Assembly: GCA_030704615.1 (NCBI GenBank)
Contig: CM060731.1
Location: forward strand, 25,792,001 to 25,856,000
Direction: 5' to 3'
Length of the DNA: 64,000 nucleotides
Source of the DNA: Takakia lepidozioides
Lineage: Eukaryota > Plantae > Bryophyta
This document shows positions 13,410-27,179 of the stretch, one piece after another; the first letter of the stretch is position 1, and each line of letters opens with the position of its first letter. Below the pieces are notes generated by a model. It was not told the origin of the DNA. It worked only from the letters and a program-made list of their open reading frames with translations, and made no database searches. A program made the position numbers and the translations under genes.

Positions 13410-13670
13410 TGGTCCTGGTAAATTAAGTGCCTGATTTTGTCAAATATACTGTGCCGTCGGCGCTGCTGCTGTCCATCTACCCATGCAGGTCTCTTGTTAT
13501 AGCTATCGATCCACCGGAAGTCATACGTGATTTGGTGCTTGAAATTCGGCCCTCTTGGATCCACACCCTATCCCTGTTGCTGCAGCCATCCCTCCTCATA
13601 TATCCTCGTCTTGCTGCTTGCAGCCGACAACCACAGCCTAGAATTGTTCTAGAAAACACCCCAACCGTCC
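13410..13670 (-). repeat. Dispersed coding-like segment homologous to 58170-58440 and 59645-59820
   Basis: Peptide DPRGPNFKHQITYDFRWIDSYNKRPAWVDGQ here versus HPRGPDFKLHVTYDSLWKDRYKKPAWIDGQ at 58.3 kb; shared GAACAATTCTAGGCTGT. Confidence 0.75.
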
Positions 13671-14448
13671 TTGTCACACACTAGTTCCTAAGCTGAACTT
13701 TACAAATGTGCTGGCGAGGTCGAGAGGACGACAATGTCCAAGAAAGATCTACAGTGCATCTAGTTGTCTGCGTCTGATCTCTGTAGTCTAACAGGCTGCA
13801 TTGATGTATTCTGAAAGAGATGCCCTTGCTTTGCTGTCTACCCTATCCCATGAGCTCCGGTGGATGAACCGTTATAATGTTGGAGTCGTTCTTCGTTTCC
13901 CTTACTCCATACTCGCAAGGTTTAATGATCCATCTGGACAACGTTCATGTCATGACTACAATGGCCTGCAATGCATTAATATATTCTCATATTCCCCCCT
14001 GATTGGGTACTCAATATGTATTAAGTAAGCTGGCACCAGATAAAGTGGAACTGAACCGTCACTTACGAACTACAGATCTTCTAGGAGTTAGATAAAAAGT
14101 TGCATAACCGTCTGAAAAGGAAACTAAGCGCGGGTTAAGCGCCTTGGAAAGATACATCTTGGACTAGAAATTTTATATTAAACCGAAAAGCCAACAGTCC
14201 AGCACCAGTTGAGCAGCCGCCAGCCTGGATCAGAACAGAACTCACATCCTCAAAACTTCTTAAATTGCTTACCGTACGCAGTGGCAAATCTTGTGGAGAA
14301 CTTGATTGTAATTAACTCTGATCTGAAGGGAAGGGCGAAAGTGATCAATGCGTATACTTTGTGGTGGCTAAAGTGGGGCGTCCGAGAAACTTTATACCTC
14401 TATCTAGAGACTGATGCGCAACGAAAACAACACAAGACCAGTTTTGAC

Positions 14449-15639
14449 ATGGACTTGGACCCAAACTTGTGGGCATCTCTTCCAGAAGACCTGCAAGAGA
14501 AAATTGCTGCTCGCCTCTCCATCCCAGCCCTATTCCGGAATCTGTCAACGTGTAAGAAGTGGCAATCCTTTGCCTTTTCCTCCCATTTTATAGATATGCA
14601 ATCGGAGGTCCAGAATGCTGGGATAGAGTTCAAGGCCATACTCATCTTTCAGCACAAGGTGCAGTACTTGACGTTTGTCGCATACGATTTTGGAGCAGAA
14701 AGGTGGTGGAACATGCCTGATCTGTCATTTCTTCCTTCCACATACTCCCACATCAAATCGGGAGCAGGAGGGCTCTTTTGTATGGGGGATTACTATCTCG
14801 GATGCCGGTACTTGCCAATTTCGCTCTTGGTGTGCAATCCACTCACAAGGCAGTGGAAAAGGCTGCCTCAATCCCTAGATTGTCTGGAAGCTGTAATGAT
14901 GGCAGATCCTGTGATCCACATGGTACAAAGTGGTACAAACAAGTACAAAGTCCTCATTATTCAAAATTATCCATATCATGTGGAAATACTGAGAAGCTTG
15001 CAGGTATACGACTCGTCCACCGATGCATGGACTGCCATCCACATGAGTATCCTCCCATCCGGCACATTTCTCGTGGTGAGTCATAAGAGATTTAACATTG
15101 TCACATGTGGCAATCTCGTTTACATGGTGGTGGAAGTAGATGACGACGACGGTATGGTCACTTACGACTTGGAGATGGGTGTTTTCGTAGCCGGTTACCA
15201 GAGATTTCCTCGCGATGTGTACAGAGATTATGTAGGTCGCACAAATAACATTGTGAACTACGAGGGCTCTCTTCTTGTAGTCACGTTGTATCAACGTCAA
15301 CGTGAAACTATGACCTTCTACGAGACAGGATGCTTAGCCTTTGTCGATGTCCGAAAGTATGAACCATCTCTAAACCAGTTCTCACTCATCACACGGACGC
15401 CAAGCGACATGGATTCTCGACTGTGGGCCAACGCAGGCGACCCGTCCTCTGTTGTTGTCCAAGGAGATCATCTCATCATTAACTCCATTTCGAGGTCAAG
15501 ACTGCTGCTAAAGTTCGATTTCGTCCAGAGGATTTGGACCACAGGCATAGTGCAGAGCATCACCGACGCCCGTGAACAATATGGACTCGGCTTATTTCCG
15601 GAACTTCTTTTCGAGCCCAATCTGAGCGCTCAAGTCTAG
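14449..15639 (+). CDS. F-box protein with kelch-like/F-box-associated C-terminal domain; single exon, 396 aa
   Basis: Uninterrupted ORF. MDLDPNLWASLPEDLQEKIAARL...TCKKW F-box, then GGLFC, VCNPLTRQWKRLP, YKV and VYDSSTDAW motifs typical of plant F-box/kelch-like proteins. First ATG is at 14449. Confidence 0.88.
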   Translation: MDLDPNLWASLPEDLQEKIAARLSIPALFRNLSTCKKWQSFAFSSHFIDMQSEVQNAGIEFKAILIFQHKVQYLTFVAYDFGAERWWNMPDLSFLPSTYSHIKSGAGGLFCMGDYYLGCRYLPISLLVCNPLTRQWKRLPQSLDCLEAVMMADPVIHMVQSGTNKYKVLIIQNYPYHVEILRSLQVYDSSTDAWTAIHMSILPSGTFLVVSHKRFNIVTCGNLVYMVVEVDDDDGMVTYDLEMGVFVAGYQRFPRDVYRDYVGRTNNIVNYEGSLLVVTLYQRQRETMTFYETGCLAFVDVRKYEPSLNQFSLITRTPSDMDSRLWANAGDPSSVVVQGDHLIINSISRSRLLLKFDFVQRIWTTGIVQSITDAREQYGLGLFPELLFEPNLSAQV

Positions 15640-16383
15640 AAGTATGAAGTGTGAACTGTGTTTAGTCGTAGCAGCACAGCTGTGTGTCAGGCTTGCAAAA
15701 CCAGGCCTCTAGAAAGTAGAATAAACTTGTCCCTGTGACTCTTGCCTCTCAGAACTCCCACTGGACTTTGTGACCAACAAGATCTCAGTTGGGATGGTGC
15801 TGCTTTCATCACATTTCATTGCTCTGGGACTTTGCCTTATTACATACACTGCAGTGCATCTGGTTGGTAGGGCCATGTAGCATACATTTGATTGATACAG
15901 GGCTAAATAAACAGCTACAATCTTTGACCTCATCATAGTAATCTAAACTTGATTTAGAGTTTTTTGGTTTTTCGTTGGCTCCTCCACTCAAGAGGAGACC
16001 ACGCATCAATGTTGGAAAAGATGGATGATCCTGATATGGAAAACACCAAATATACCTCTTGCTCTTGATATTAATGAGCATCAAATATTAATTTGTATTA
16101 TTTTTATTTTATGAAATATGTTTTTAACAGTAACAGCCACCACTGGTCCTGCTCCTGCGAGGTGGGCGTGGAGCAATTGGTGCGATTCATCCTCGCAGGG
16201 AGGAGAGTGTATCGCGACCGTCCTCTTTGTCCTTTCCATCCTTGGTTCTCAAGTGGGGCTGTGTAGCAGCTCGATCCTAACGAAGCAAAGTCTTTATATG
16301 CAATAGCACAATGTTGAACTGATGTTCTTTTTAAGCAGGTTATGTTATTTGTATCTGAACAGAAGCTGGTTGCAACTGTGCAG

Positions 16384-16565
16384 GCAACCATAGACAACAT
16401 CTCTAGAAGTTTGGCTCTGGAGTGGGGAACTACAGACTATGACATTCGAACTAACGGGATTGCACCTGGCCATATAGCTGGCACCCCGGGCATGAAGAAG
16501 CCGGTGCCAGAAGAAGCTGGTTTCAAGATACATGAGTGGGTGCCCTTGGGCAAGATGGGTGACAA
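16384..16565 (+). pseudogene. DECR: Isolated exon of peroxisomal 2,4-dienoyl-CoA reductase (SDR family)
   Basis: ATIDNISRSLALEWGTTDYDIRTNGIAPGHIAGTPGM...PLGKMGDK matches the plant enzyme motif RSLALEWG.DYDIR.NGIAPGPI. Bounded by CAG| and |GTGAGT; no other exons found. Confidence 0.75.
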
Positions 16566-17089
16566 GTGAGTTTTTTGGTTTTTCGTTGTTGCTTGTTGAA
16601 AGGGGAGGGTCACTGTCTCCCAAAATTAATTGACTTTATTAAACTTGTGTTGGAGGGGAACTTATCTCATTACCAGAACTGAGATTATAGATAATACATC
16701 TCAAATTTCAAATAGCAAAATTCGTCATGTGATATAAACTTAAAGACAATTCTCTGCATTGAGTTGTTGAAGGCTTCGGCAAAAACTTGGGATGGGTTCC
16801 AAATTACATTGCCCATATAGGAAAAATAACACATTGTGTAAAAGAAAGGTATTTTTAGGTGTATTTCTTATTTGTGCGGTTTTGGGTGAGGATACCTTAA
16901 TATATGACGCCTCCCCAAGGAAGTGTAAATTATGGTCTCTTCACCCGGAAGGGCTACTGCCTTCTGATAGGAAGGTGGACACATTTGTGACACCAATCAC
17001 TGGATTGAACCGCCAGTCCCATTTCCAAGATGCTATGTGCCCATTACCACCAGGCTACAGATTGGTTGTTGCAGTATTTGTACTATTAA

Positions 17090-17897
17090 CCCTCAAGTTC
17101 CCAAGCCCTTTTTTGACTTTTTACCAATTTTGGGTACCCAGCTGCAGTAAATTGCCCCTAGAAACCTACCAAAAAATCATCAGGAGATTCCAGCCTTATA
17201 GCAATGGGCCCAGCTCATTTATGCATGACATACGAAAAAATGAGCCAAGTCCACCGTGGAAATTGTGAGATTATAGCATTGGCCCGGACCTCAAATATGA
17301 GGTCCCAAAAAAAAAGCGAGAAAGAAATTGGTTTGACCAAATCAAAACCTAGCTTTATCCAAGACCCACCATTTCCAAATCAATAGTGGAGTGGCTATGA
17401 CCCCACTAAATTGCAGGTCCAACTGATTTTTTCACCTATGGTTGCTATGCATGCAATTACATGGGGGTTGAAATCTCAAAATTGACAAGAGAAAATGTGC
17501 CTCCAAATGAAGTAATTTTTTTCTACAAAATTTTTAAAAGCCAATGGTGGATGTGTGTATGTAATGCTCACACACCACAAGGTGAAGCGCTTTTTCCAAA
17601 ATTGCTAAATTTCTGCCAAAAATGGCCTTTGGAGTGCAATCTATTTTGGGCTTGTTTACTGCCACGTCAGCGGTCAACAGCCCTTTTCAGGCCCCAAAAC
17701 GTAAATGAGAGATCTAAGATATTTTTTGTAGGTCGTAGCTTTTGTTTTTTTTTTAATTTTGTTTTTTGCATCATACTCGAGACAAATCCCTTGTCATTAA
17801 AGCTTCAGGAGTGGGCCCCATCAGACTAGATCTGCAAAAATTAGGTCGAACTGCAAATTCAAATTGACCCGTTTCAGGTCGCTTGGGAACTTAAGGG
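17090..17897. mobile_element. Non-autonomous piggyBac-like TIR element (808 bp)
   Basis: TTAA|CCCTCAAGTTCCCAAGC ... GCTTGGGAACTTAAGGG|TTAA: 17-bp TIR with 1 mismatch and TTAA on both sides. Confidence 0.8.
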
Positions 17898-20800
17898 TTA
17901 ACGATGATGCCATGCCAAAGGATCTATGTTTGTTGATGCAAAACCGATTCAAACCCATGGTACCCGCGAATTTTCAGTAGCTAAGTGGTAACGACTGTGG
18001 CTCCATGCCTGGCAACACCACTTTTGGCCCCGAGAGAATAAGTAGCCATTTATTTTTCACTAGCCAGCAAACATTTAGGGCTAATCATATGCACCTACCC
18101 CATTTGAGAGAATACGATTTGGCTTCCGATTGCGTATATTTTCTTCAACCTTGGTTTCCCTAGATTTGAAAGCCAGCACTTACTCATTTTTTCTACCAAG
18201 GCTCAAGTCCAGAGGGTCTACCAATTCTGCCATCAAAGTTGTCAAAATAATTTCCTACTTGAGTTTCGTTTTAACTAATCCATTAGATCATAACAAAACC
18301 AAATACGATATATATCTTTTACATATCTTCAACACATATGGGAACATGATTGTAGATGATACAGCTACATGTATCAGACAGATACATAAACATGTTACTG
18401 AATTGGCTCTATTGAGTAGAACATTAAATTATCAACCCTATATATATTGATCAACAAACAAGGTTAATTTGTTTCTCAAATCACTTGGTTTTCAAGCCTA
18501 TCTATCGACTGTCAAAAAACTTGACGGGAAAAAAACAATGGTTTTCATGCTCCTTCAATGACTAAAATCCTTGCCATGAAAATGGGAATTTGTGTTAGTT
18601 GACGGTAGAGGTGCAAACAAGATGCAGATTGGTTTTTATGATAAAGTATCAATTACAGATTATTATATATATATGAGACAATAACCGGAGCTAGAGTAAA
18701 TAAGAGCCTCTTCCCCTACATATGATTTTAAACTGAAGTAGGGTATATGATTGCTCCTACAGAACCTGTATAGAACATCTACCATATGTGGTACTCAGAC
18801 GGAATGTCATATTGGTAAACATTTTGATATTCCCTATGGAGTAGGGCCTTAAGGAACCCACTAGGTCCAAGTTCAGGTTTTTTCTAGAGCCAAGTCTGGG
18901 TCCGAATATGAAATTATTAAATTGGGAAAATCCGGGTCCAGAACCGGGTATTTGAACACGGGGTTGGGTAAGGGTCCGGGTAAAATTAGCGGGTTTCACG
19001 AGTTCGGGTCCGGGTCCTAGTTAATTGATGAAATAAATTAGGAAATTGAGAATAATTAGAATAAAATGGTATCTGGGTGGAGAAAAAACTAAATGCTAAT
19101 GGAAAATATTATTTTAGGACATCTTCTTTCAAGATGTACCATACATATATATGGCTCTTTCACTGATTGTATACATGATGATATAAGAATTAAAATATCA
19201 TTTAAGATCCACCCATGGTAAGAAAAATAATATGCCTCATAGGTCACCATAAAAGCAAGAAAATTGCACACCACATCACAAACAAACAATAAACCAAATG
19301 AGAGGGAAGATTATGACCGTTACCTATGAGAAGCTCAACTGAGGGAGGAGAGGCGGCGCAAGTACAAGCCTTAAGGTAAGTGCCACATTTTAATTTATGT
19401 ATTATGGAATGGGCAAACCGCTGACCATTCTAAGGCTGCAGACCTTAACCCCTAAACGCCCGCGAGGCATGCGGGGCCTAAATGATCGTTGGCTTTGCAG
19501 ATGTGGATTTCTTTTCGCGTGACGCGGGGCATTGGATTCCCTCATGAGTGCAAGTGCTTTTGGCGGGCGGCGATTCTCGCGAAGTGCGCTGCCACAGTGC
19601 GAATTAGCCACATAGCGGGAAGGGGTTGGGCTTCCCGCTTGGCTTTCTCTTCCTCTCTCACATTGCTTTGTGCTCGTGGTGGTCGTAGGTTGCCGTTGCT
19701 TCTAGTTGTCGTTGCCTTCATCACTCTATGCGAGCTGTTTTGTTTTATGCTTTAGTTTCAATACACCTTGGACTGTTGAGAGGTTAGTGCGCCGGCCCCG
19801 GATACATTCACATCAATCCACAGGGGATACATTTCTCATACAAATCTCTTCATCGGCGGCTTTGTGTGGAGTGTGGGTAAAGGCAAAGACACTATTATCC
19901 CACTTTGGGAACAATATGCCAGTATGCCTTGGCCATTGCTTTGTGAAATTTCATTCCATGAGAGGCTACTAATATAGGTAATCTCAATTTTGTCATTTTA
20001 TGATGTGCACTTACTTGTAGTAGTGTGGTGGTGGGATGGCAGCTGCATTTCAGGCCCAATTCGCAAGGAAGTGGAAGATATCATACAACTGGCCTTTACT
20101 CTTGTGGGCATGTGTACATGCGCTAATTGCATAACCTGTGTGTTGGTGTGTGTTACTATGCTGTTTGTTGTGCTTGAAACGATCGTGCTAGAGGGGTCAG
20201 ACTTCCGTACAATTATGTGTGTAGGTTGAATTGTTGTTGAACATTTGGTTACGGGGTCCCGTGGTAAGCCACCTTATTGTGTTCAGATTTTGAAGAGATG
20301 GGGCATTCGCCTTTTTGGGGTTGAACATATACTTTGCACCAGGTGGTTTGTCATTTTTTGCTTTGCACTAACATTGTTTTGCTACAACAGCTAACCTTCT
20401 TTTGATACTGCAGGTTCCTCAGGGCTATATCTTGCATTGCACTGGAGTTGTGGTGGCACTTTGGAAGACGGCTCTAACTGTACTAACATTTTCCTTTTGC
20501 ATCCATGTCTACGTGCATGCAAGCATGGTGCTCATTTTTTAACCTTGGTGTGTAGGCTTTGTCCGACCACTGCAAGGTAGTTACTTCTGAAACCTATAGC
20601 AAGTAATAAAGCTATGGCTGCAAAATCCTACAATCCAACCACCTAACCTATTATGTTGCAGTATATAGATTAATTAATTAAAAATTATAATAAAAAATCA
20701 CACAATCAAATAAATGATTTTATGGATAGTCGACTTAAATCATTAATCAATGAAGTTTCTTTTGTGCATTCATCGTTGTGATTTATCTTGGTAGTCTACA

Positions 20801-21984
20801 TTCATTGATGTGTCCAAAAGTCACATTAACTCTGAGGGGTGTGCTTGGGTGGGGATCAAGGTAGAGAGAGCTGTAACCAGAGTGGAAGGAGGTTGTAAGG
20901 CTTACCTTGTGCTTGTAATGATCACTTACAACATCATCGCATTTGGAGGCTGGCAACTGGTAGTGGCAGTTGTTATTCACGTACGACAAACCTAGCCGAA
21001 TTCGTATGTCCCTTACTGTGGCATCCAATTTTTGTTCCAGTAGGTCTGTTGTGAAGTGCAAGGCAGGCAATGACAGTTGACATAGATTGTAACAAAGTAA
21101 GCAGTTTGTCCCTCCCCCTCTCGTTATAAAACACCATTTCATTTCATTTCTCTTCACTTGCTTGCCTTCTCTCCCTCAATTGTTTTGTCCTTCCCTTGTT
21201 GCTTCAACCATTCAAAAAAATCATGGGCAAGAACCAGCACTTAAATGCCTTTGTTTGGCATATTATGCAACCTAAGGCATCTTAGGAATTAAACAACAAT
21301 AGTCACTGTTGCATTTAGCAATTACCAGAACCAGCAAGCCTTAAGTTTAGATTTCCCTATATCCAATCCATGACACCAAATAGAAAGCTATTGACTCTGA
21401 GAATGACTGAGTGCTGATGAATTAATGCTCAAAAACCAGAGTGTGCATGGCCTAGCTTTAACTACAGCTTAGGCTCCACAAAACAGGGTCCAACCATCTC
21501 AATCATTTCTCTCCAGAGATAGGCCTAATCTTCCCTCTTTGGTTCACTCCTCAATTAGGCCCAGAGCCTTACACACATACTGGTGAATAACCAAAACCAA
21601 AAACCAGAATTCAAGATCAACTGGAGAAGCAACAAGAGTGATGGCCGATGACAACAATATCAACAACGCTAGGTTATGATTTCTTTGTTCGGTTTCTTTG
21701 TTTGTGAAAGACAAATAGAATGTGTAGAAGAAGAATGTAGACAAAGCGCTTTATGGCCTGTGTCTATTTTTAGGAACTGACCAAGGAACTCTAATGCAAA
21801 CGTAGTTGTATTATGATCCCCATCAACTTTAGGAGGTACAAATCGACGCACTTTGGTCATCTTCCCAAAGATTAATTAATGGGGCAGAAGATGAGTTAAA
21901 GGATGTGGATGTTCAATCCGATACAAACATCCCACCAGAAGCCCATGACCCGGTCGCGGGTGGAGACTCTCGCTCTGATGATCC

Positions 21985-22125
21985 CATCTCATTGGAAGAG
22001 GCATGTACACTTTTATATGAAGGTTGTAAATTCTCTAAGTTTGCAGCCACCATGCTTATAATGAATCCATGCACAACACATGGGGTTACAAATGCCTTTG
22101 CAGATGAAATGTTCTCGTTTAGATG
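21985..22125 (+). pseudogene. CACTA/EnSpm transposase N-terminal fragment
   Basis: SLEEACTLLYEGCKFSKFAATMLIMNPCTTHGVTNAFADEMF resembles the conserved PLYEG...L..L...HG.S...FDE region of CACTA transposases. Confidence 0.6.
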
Positions 22126-24534
22126 TTGGAGAGGAGCAAGGCGGCATGATTCTGATGATGAATGGGAAGACAAACTCATGGAAGGTGTCGACATTGGTAC
22201 AACAAAACCAGGGAACCGGGGTGCATCCGCTGAAGTCGAACGACCAGCTCATCATACTCCTTCAAAATTGGACAGTAATGTAGAAGTACACCGCATGATT
22301 CAAGAGACTTTTTCAGATCATAGATACAACGCACACACTGAACAGAATGATAATTACATTCAACGCAAACTAATGTAGTGTGAAAAGAAGGGGCATAAAT
22401 CCCCTTCTGTCTAATTCTAATCTAGTTCTTAGTGAAGGTCTTGTTGTTATTCTGGTTCTCCCACACAGGTTGGCTACATCCATGCTGTTTATGATCAGAG
22501 TTCATAAAGCCCTCATCCATGCCGCAGCGGAAGAGAAGACATGGATGGGACAAGTGAAAGTGTTTCCTGCATAGTACAACAGGCCTGACTAGGGTTCTGT
22601 CTTGTATCAGCTAAGTTTTCATGCTGATGCAGTCACTCAAACAGCTCACCAGCAGGTTTATGATAGCCTATGAGGTCAACACTTGCACACAGTATCTGCT
22701 TGAACCCCCTTTCGTAATCACTGAAAAATGCAAGACAACATGGATCTAACATACAGTGCAGGCCTGATAATTCTCTGTAACTCATGGTCTTTCATTTATC
22801 TCTCAACTGGCCCTCCCTTCATCATTCTTTTGCTGTGCAACTCTCCCTTCTTCCCAATGTTTTCTCTCCCCTTTCTGATGCAGATACCCTGGTTCTTTCT
22901 ATCAGCCAAGGTAGCTCATTCACAGTTGTTCTACTAATCTACCCTCAACAGTGTGTATGCTGCAGACATACCTGATACCCTAATTCTAACAATTGCATGC
23001 CCTATCCCTCATTTCTAACCTATGGCAAGTGCAGCAAATCCCTTTGTTAATCTCCCTATACTGTCCAAATTGCAGGCATGCTTAACTCTAGAACCCTAAT
23101 GCACAGTTTGTTCCAGATTCAGTGTACTGAATCATAAAATCTAAAGCAAAACAAACACTATGCATTTAGTGATCGTGGGTGGGCTGCATCTGCCTTCTAT
23201 CACCATTCCCAAAGACACATGCATCATCTCACATCCTCTCTGCACCATCCTGGTTTGAAGTCCAGGCCACCATTCCATTCCATTTTTCAAAATGTTCTCA
23301 TGCTCTCTCTACCAACTCCAGAGCCCTAAAGCATTTCAGCAACATCTATCTAAGTAGAAGAAGAAGCAAAACCTTCACACTTAACTGATATATACCCCTG
23401 TTCAAGCAGTGGGTTCCATGCTCGAGCTGGCACCTCACCCTCCCTGACATCGGCCGCCCTAATACTTGCTGTCACTTGCATCCGCTGACGCTTCTCCAAA
23501 ATGAAGATCTTGCATACTAAATTCTCCATTGTCGCAGTACCCCAGTCTACATTAATCGCTAATCTTAAGAGTTCATCAAAGCCTGACAGTTCTGCTCTCT
23601 CCTGGCAGCCCCCTTACCATCTTGCCAGACAACTCTTGTTTCTCCCCTCATTACTTCTATCTTACCCTAAGATAAGATCTCCAACTTTGACAACAAGCTA
23701 CTGTGGCCACAGCCCTTATGCATATCTATAGTCGTTCCCCCCACAACTCTCCTCATCTCTCAACAGGCCTAGATCTATATCCCTTCAAGGCAGTGACAGC
23801 ACCGCCCTTCCTTTCTGTCAACAGTACATAGTGTCAAAGTGCTCAGTCCACCGCAGACCTATCCTCCAGCGATCCCCACTCTTTAAAGTAGCCTAGTGAT
23901 AATGGCACCGCCTTCCTTCATCTGGCACGAGCACATTTCACCAAGCTGTTTCCTTGTAGGCTTATCCTCCAGCAAGCTCGACGTCAAGAATTCATCAAGA
24001 CAGAAGCGGCACCGCTTCTCCTTCTGGATGGTGCACAAATTACCACGCTGCCCTGATGAGCTCATCAGGCTTCAAAGTAAATCCAGCCAGCACAGCAGGG
24101 TTAGTCACCTTTAACAAAACAGCTCTGCTAATCCATTGCAGCACCTGCACATCTTCCCGCAATCTTTTCCCTCGTCATCTTCCCCGTGAATCTAGGGCAA
24201 CATCAGATGAATGACATCCCCTTAACGAATGAAAAATACAAGGGGTTCACATCCTTCAAACATAAATGACTTAGGAAAATTCAACTCTAGGCCTCATATT
24301 TCTTCCCTGCACACCCATAAAACTCAGAGTGAGTGGCAAACATCATTCCCCCACTGGTTTCACACTACACTAAAGTCACATTACTAATACAGACGCGTCT
24401 TGAACATGCTCGACTTCCTCTTTTTCTACTAGAGAATTGGTCCAGATTAGACGCCTCCATAGCGCTGGAATGGCGCCAAGAAAAATGCGACACATAGAAA
24501 GGCCGACCACAGAGAAGGCATTGCACCACATAAG

Positions 24535-24785
24535 AGTACGAGCTCGGACACGCCTAATTTACAACCTGAACTGATTAAAAGAAGGCGCCGAGAGAACGCG
24601 CCACAGAAGATCCGCAGCTTGAACGCGCCTTCACAACCTCAACTCATAAAGAAGGCACCAAAAAAAGCGCCACAGAAGAGCGGTAGCTCGAATGCGCATT
24701 CACCATCTTTATTCATAAATAAGGCACCGAGAGAAGACTCATTCCCAACCTCAACTCACAAAGAGGACGTTGAGACAAGACGCAT
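24535..24785. repeat. Degenerate ~65-70 bp tandem repeat (3-4 copies)
   Basis: Recurring CAACCT.AACT.ATAAA.AAGGC.CC...GCGCCACAGAAGA. Confidence 0.65.
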
Positions 24786-25449
24786 GTACTTTTGAGGCTA
24801 ATTGCATGCTTTCCAATGACCACGCTTGTCAATGGACATTTATCTTAAATTTAGGGGAATGTAGCTTCATTGTAAGAGAAACAACTTTGTTCTTATGCTT
24901 AGGCTACTTGAAGGGTGTATGATCATATTGGCTGATGTCGTGCGTCTTTGAAAATTTAAAATAATAATACTAACATTTCGTCATAATATCCGACTAATCA
25001 CCACAAATGTCAAATGATATTTAAAAACATATTCTCAGTATGACTTTAATAAGCTTCATTTTAGCGTTTCGGGAATATTTTTATAAAACTTACATGAATT
25101 GAGCTTCAATAATAATAATAATAATAAATATCTATTCATTTTTATATCTCATTTACATGCCATGGAACTTAAATAAATTCATGATTTTTAACACTAGTTG
25201 GTCATTTTCAATCGGCTATTGTATCACATCACTGCTGCGATATCTAGACTCAAGCCGGCATGACAAAATACAGACTTTCATCAAAACTTCGGGCTCGACT
25301 ACTCTGCTTATACTCAAAACTGTACTACTGAGAACAGCCAAATATCCTTCTTTTGGATTTTTAGGAGATGAATGGCTTGTAGCAACTATCCAATGCATTT
25401 GAATAACCAAATACCCCATGATAAGAAAGAACAATTGTTATGCACTTGA

Positions 25450-25624
25450 GTAGGAAGCCCAGTGGTTGGATGTTTGTGCCTTGCATGTGCATAACCTAGG
25501 TGATCCCAAGTTCAATCCTTCAACATATACCCTCAAACCGTCCATTGGGCCCTCGATGGCATGTGTGTTGAGCAGTAGGCTCTGTAAATTCACTGGACAT
25601 TAAATAAACTTTATCTTATCTTAT
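25450..25624 (+). mobile_element. tRNA-derived SINE-like element (second family)
   Basis: AAGCCCAGTGG (A-box-like), AGTTCAATCC (B-box-like), TTATC-repeat tail. Confidence 0.4.
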
Positions 25625-27179
25625 ATACACTCTTTCAACTTGAAAAAAAAAAGATAAAAGATGTGATCTTAATCATAGATTATATACATGAAGATGACAC
25701 TACTATACAAAATACAAAAAAAACGTGGGTTGATATGTCATGCAATGTTTAATGTTATATATCCGACCATTACAAACATCTTATCATTGAAGATTAACTT
25801 AAATATATAGTCAAGATATCAGATTTGGTGTAAACCCGGTCATTTGTGAGTGTGACAAACTTCTTGCACACTTTAAGTAGAAGATACATGATGAAAAGAA
25901 AACAATTAGTCTATGTGGGGTTTAAAATTAATCTATGTTTGATGGCCCCCTTCCAAAAGACAATAAAATATTTTGATAAAATATTTCTATACTTGTTTGT
26001 GCATTCATGTAGTGAAAGATTGAGATTGCATGTGCATAATCCATAATTTTGTATATGTAAGTTTGATGGGGTCATTAGTGCGTATTATTAATTAGTTGAA
26101 TCTCGAGTGGATGATCTCATGAAGGAGTTGAAGCAAATGTCAGCCTACTCTTGTTCTAACAAGGGTGACGCTAGTGAATTGCACTACAAAATCTCTTTTT
26201 GTTTTATATCGTTAGTCTTAGAGGAAGAGATGTTAGTCGAGTACAATACAAAATTAACTATTCATTTGTTTCATTATACTAGTGTGACCAAATAGTTGGC
26301 TCAAAGCTAGTCATCCCCTCTTCAGAGACTTTAAAGTCGCTTTAATTTTTTCCTACAGTCGTTGGCAGTTCTAGCAACCAGTGAGTTCCTAGAGTTCTCC
26401 CTACAACAGGTGGTGATTCAAGATGTAGTTATGCCTACAGCTTGTGGCGGCACAAGCTGTCAGATAAATCATCTATTTTTTCTTTGCTTTCTTTCTGCTC
26501 TATCATTTTCTTCTAACTTTTCATGCAACTCTTCCTCTTTGCCCTCGTGATTAGCAACCTCTCATCAACTTTATCTCAACTTTATCTTGTTTTTCTAGTT
26601 TTATACTTAATTTTAGATATATCACGATTATCTACTCGATTATAAAGAAACAAATTCTCAATTAAACACTATTTTAACTAATTCTGGACTTTTGTTTGGT
26701 CCAAAAATAATATGAGAAATATGACTAAACAAAATTTATTATTGAAATAAAGCGATATATATGATTGTTTGGCTATTTTATGCACAATATAACCATGAAC
26801 AATAATCCTCCAAACATTTTTTGGAGACAATATAAGTATGTATTGTGGTTTAGAAGAAGATCCACTGCCAAGTTGACGTTCATGAAAAAAATCATGGAAT
26901 GATGCAATTAATTACACCATGATGTGAGGTCAGATATTTAAAACTTTTTGCACAAAATGGTTGTCATATCAGATGACATACAAAACCAAACATAGAACAA
27001 TCATGGCATGTGATGAAGAAGATGACATGAAAGAATGAGTCCGCATACATTGATGATAAACATTAATATTTTATTAGAGATTGCAACTTTGGCGTTGCAG
27101 TCACACATAATGTAACGTCAACTGTACATCCGTTGGACTTAATGTTATCCAGCGGCTCGAAGCCATACAACGGCTTACA

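Noticed and set aside
14209-14448. N-terminal extension of the F-box ORF in the track
   Set aside because: It starts at TTG; the first ATG (14449) directly precedes the F-box, as typical for the family.
22700-24100. Very old LINE RT remnant on the minus strand
   Set aside because: Purine-skewed and suggestive, but no unambiguous RT motif was recovered.
24535-24785. Repeat-spacer-like array
   Set aside because: Whole units are homologous; it is an ordinary degenerate minisatellite.
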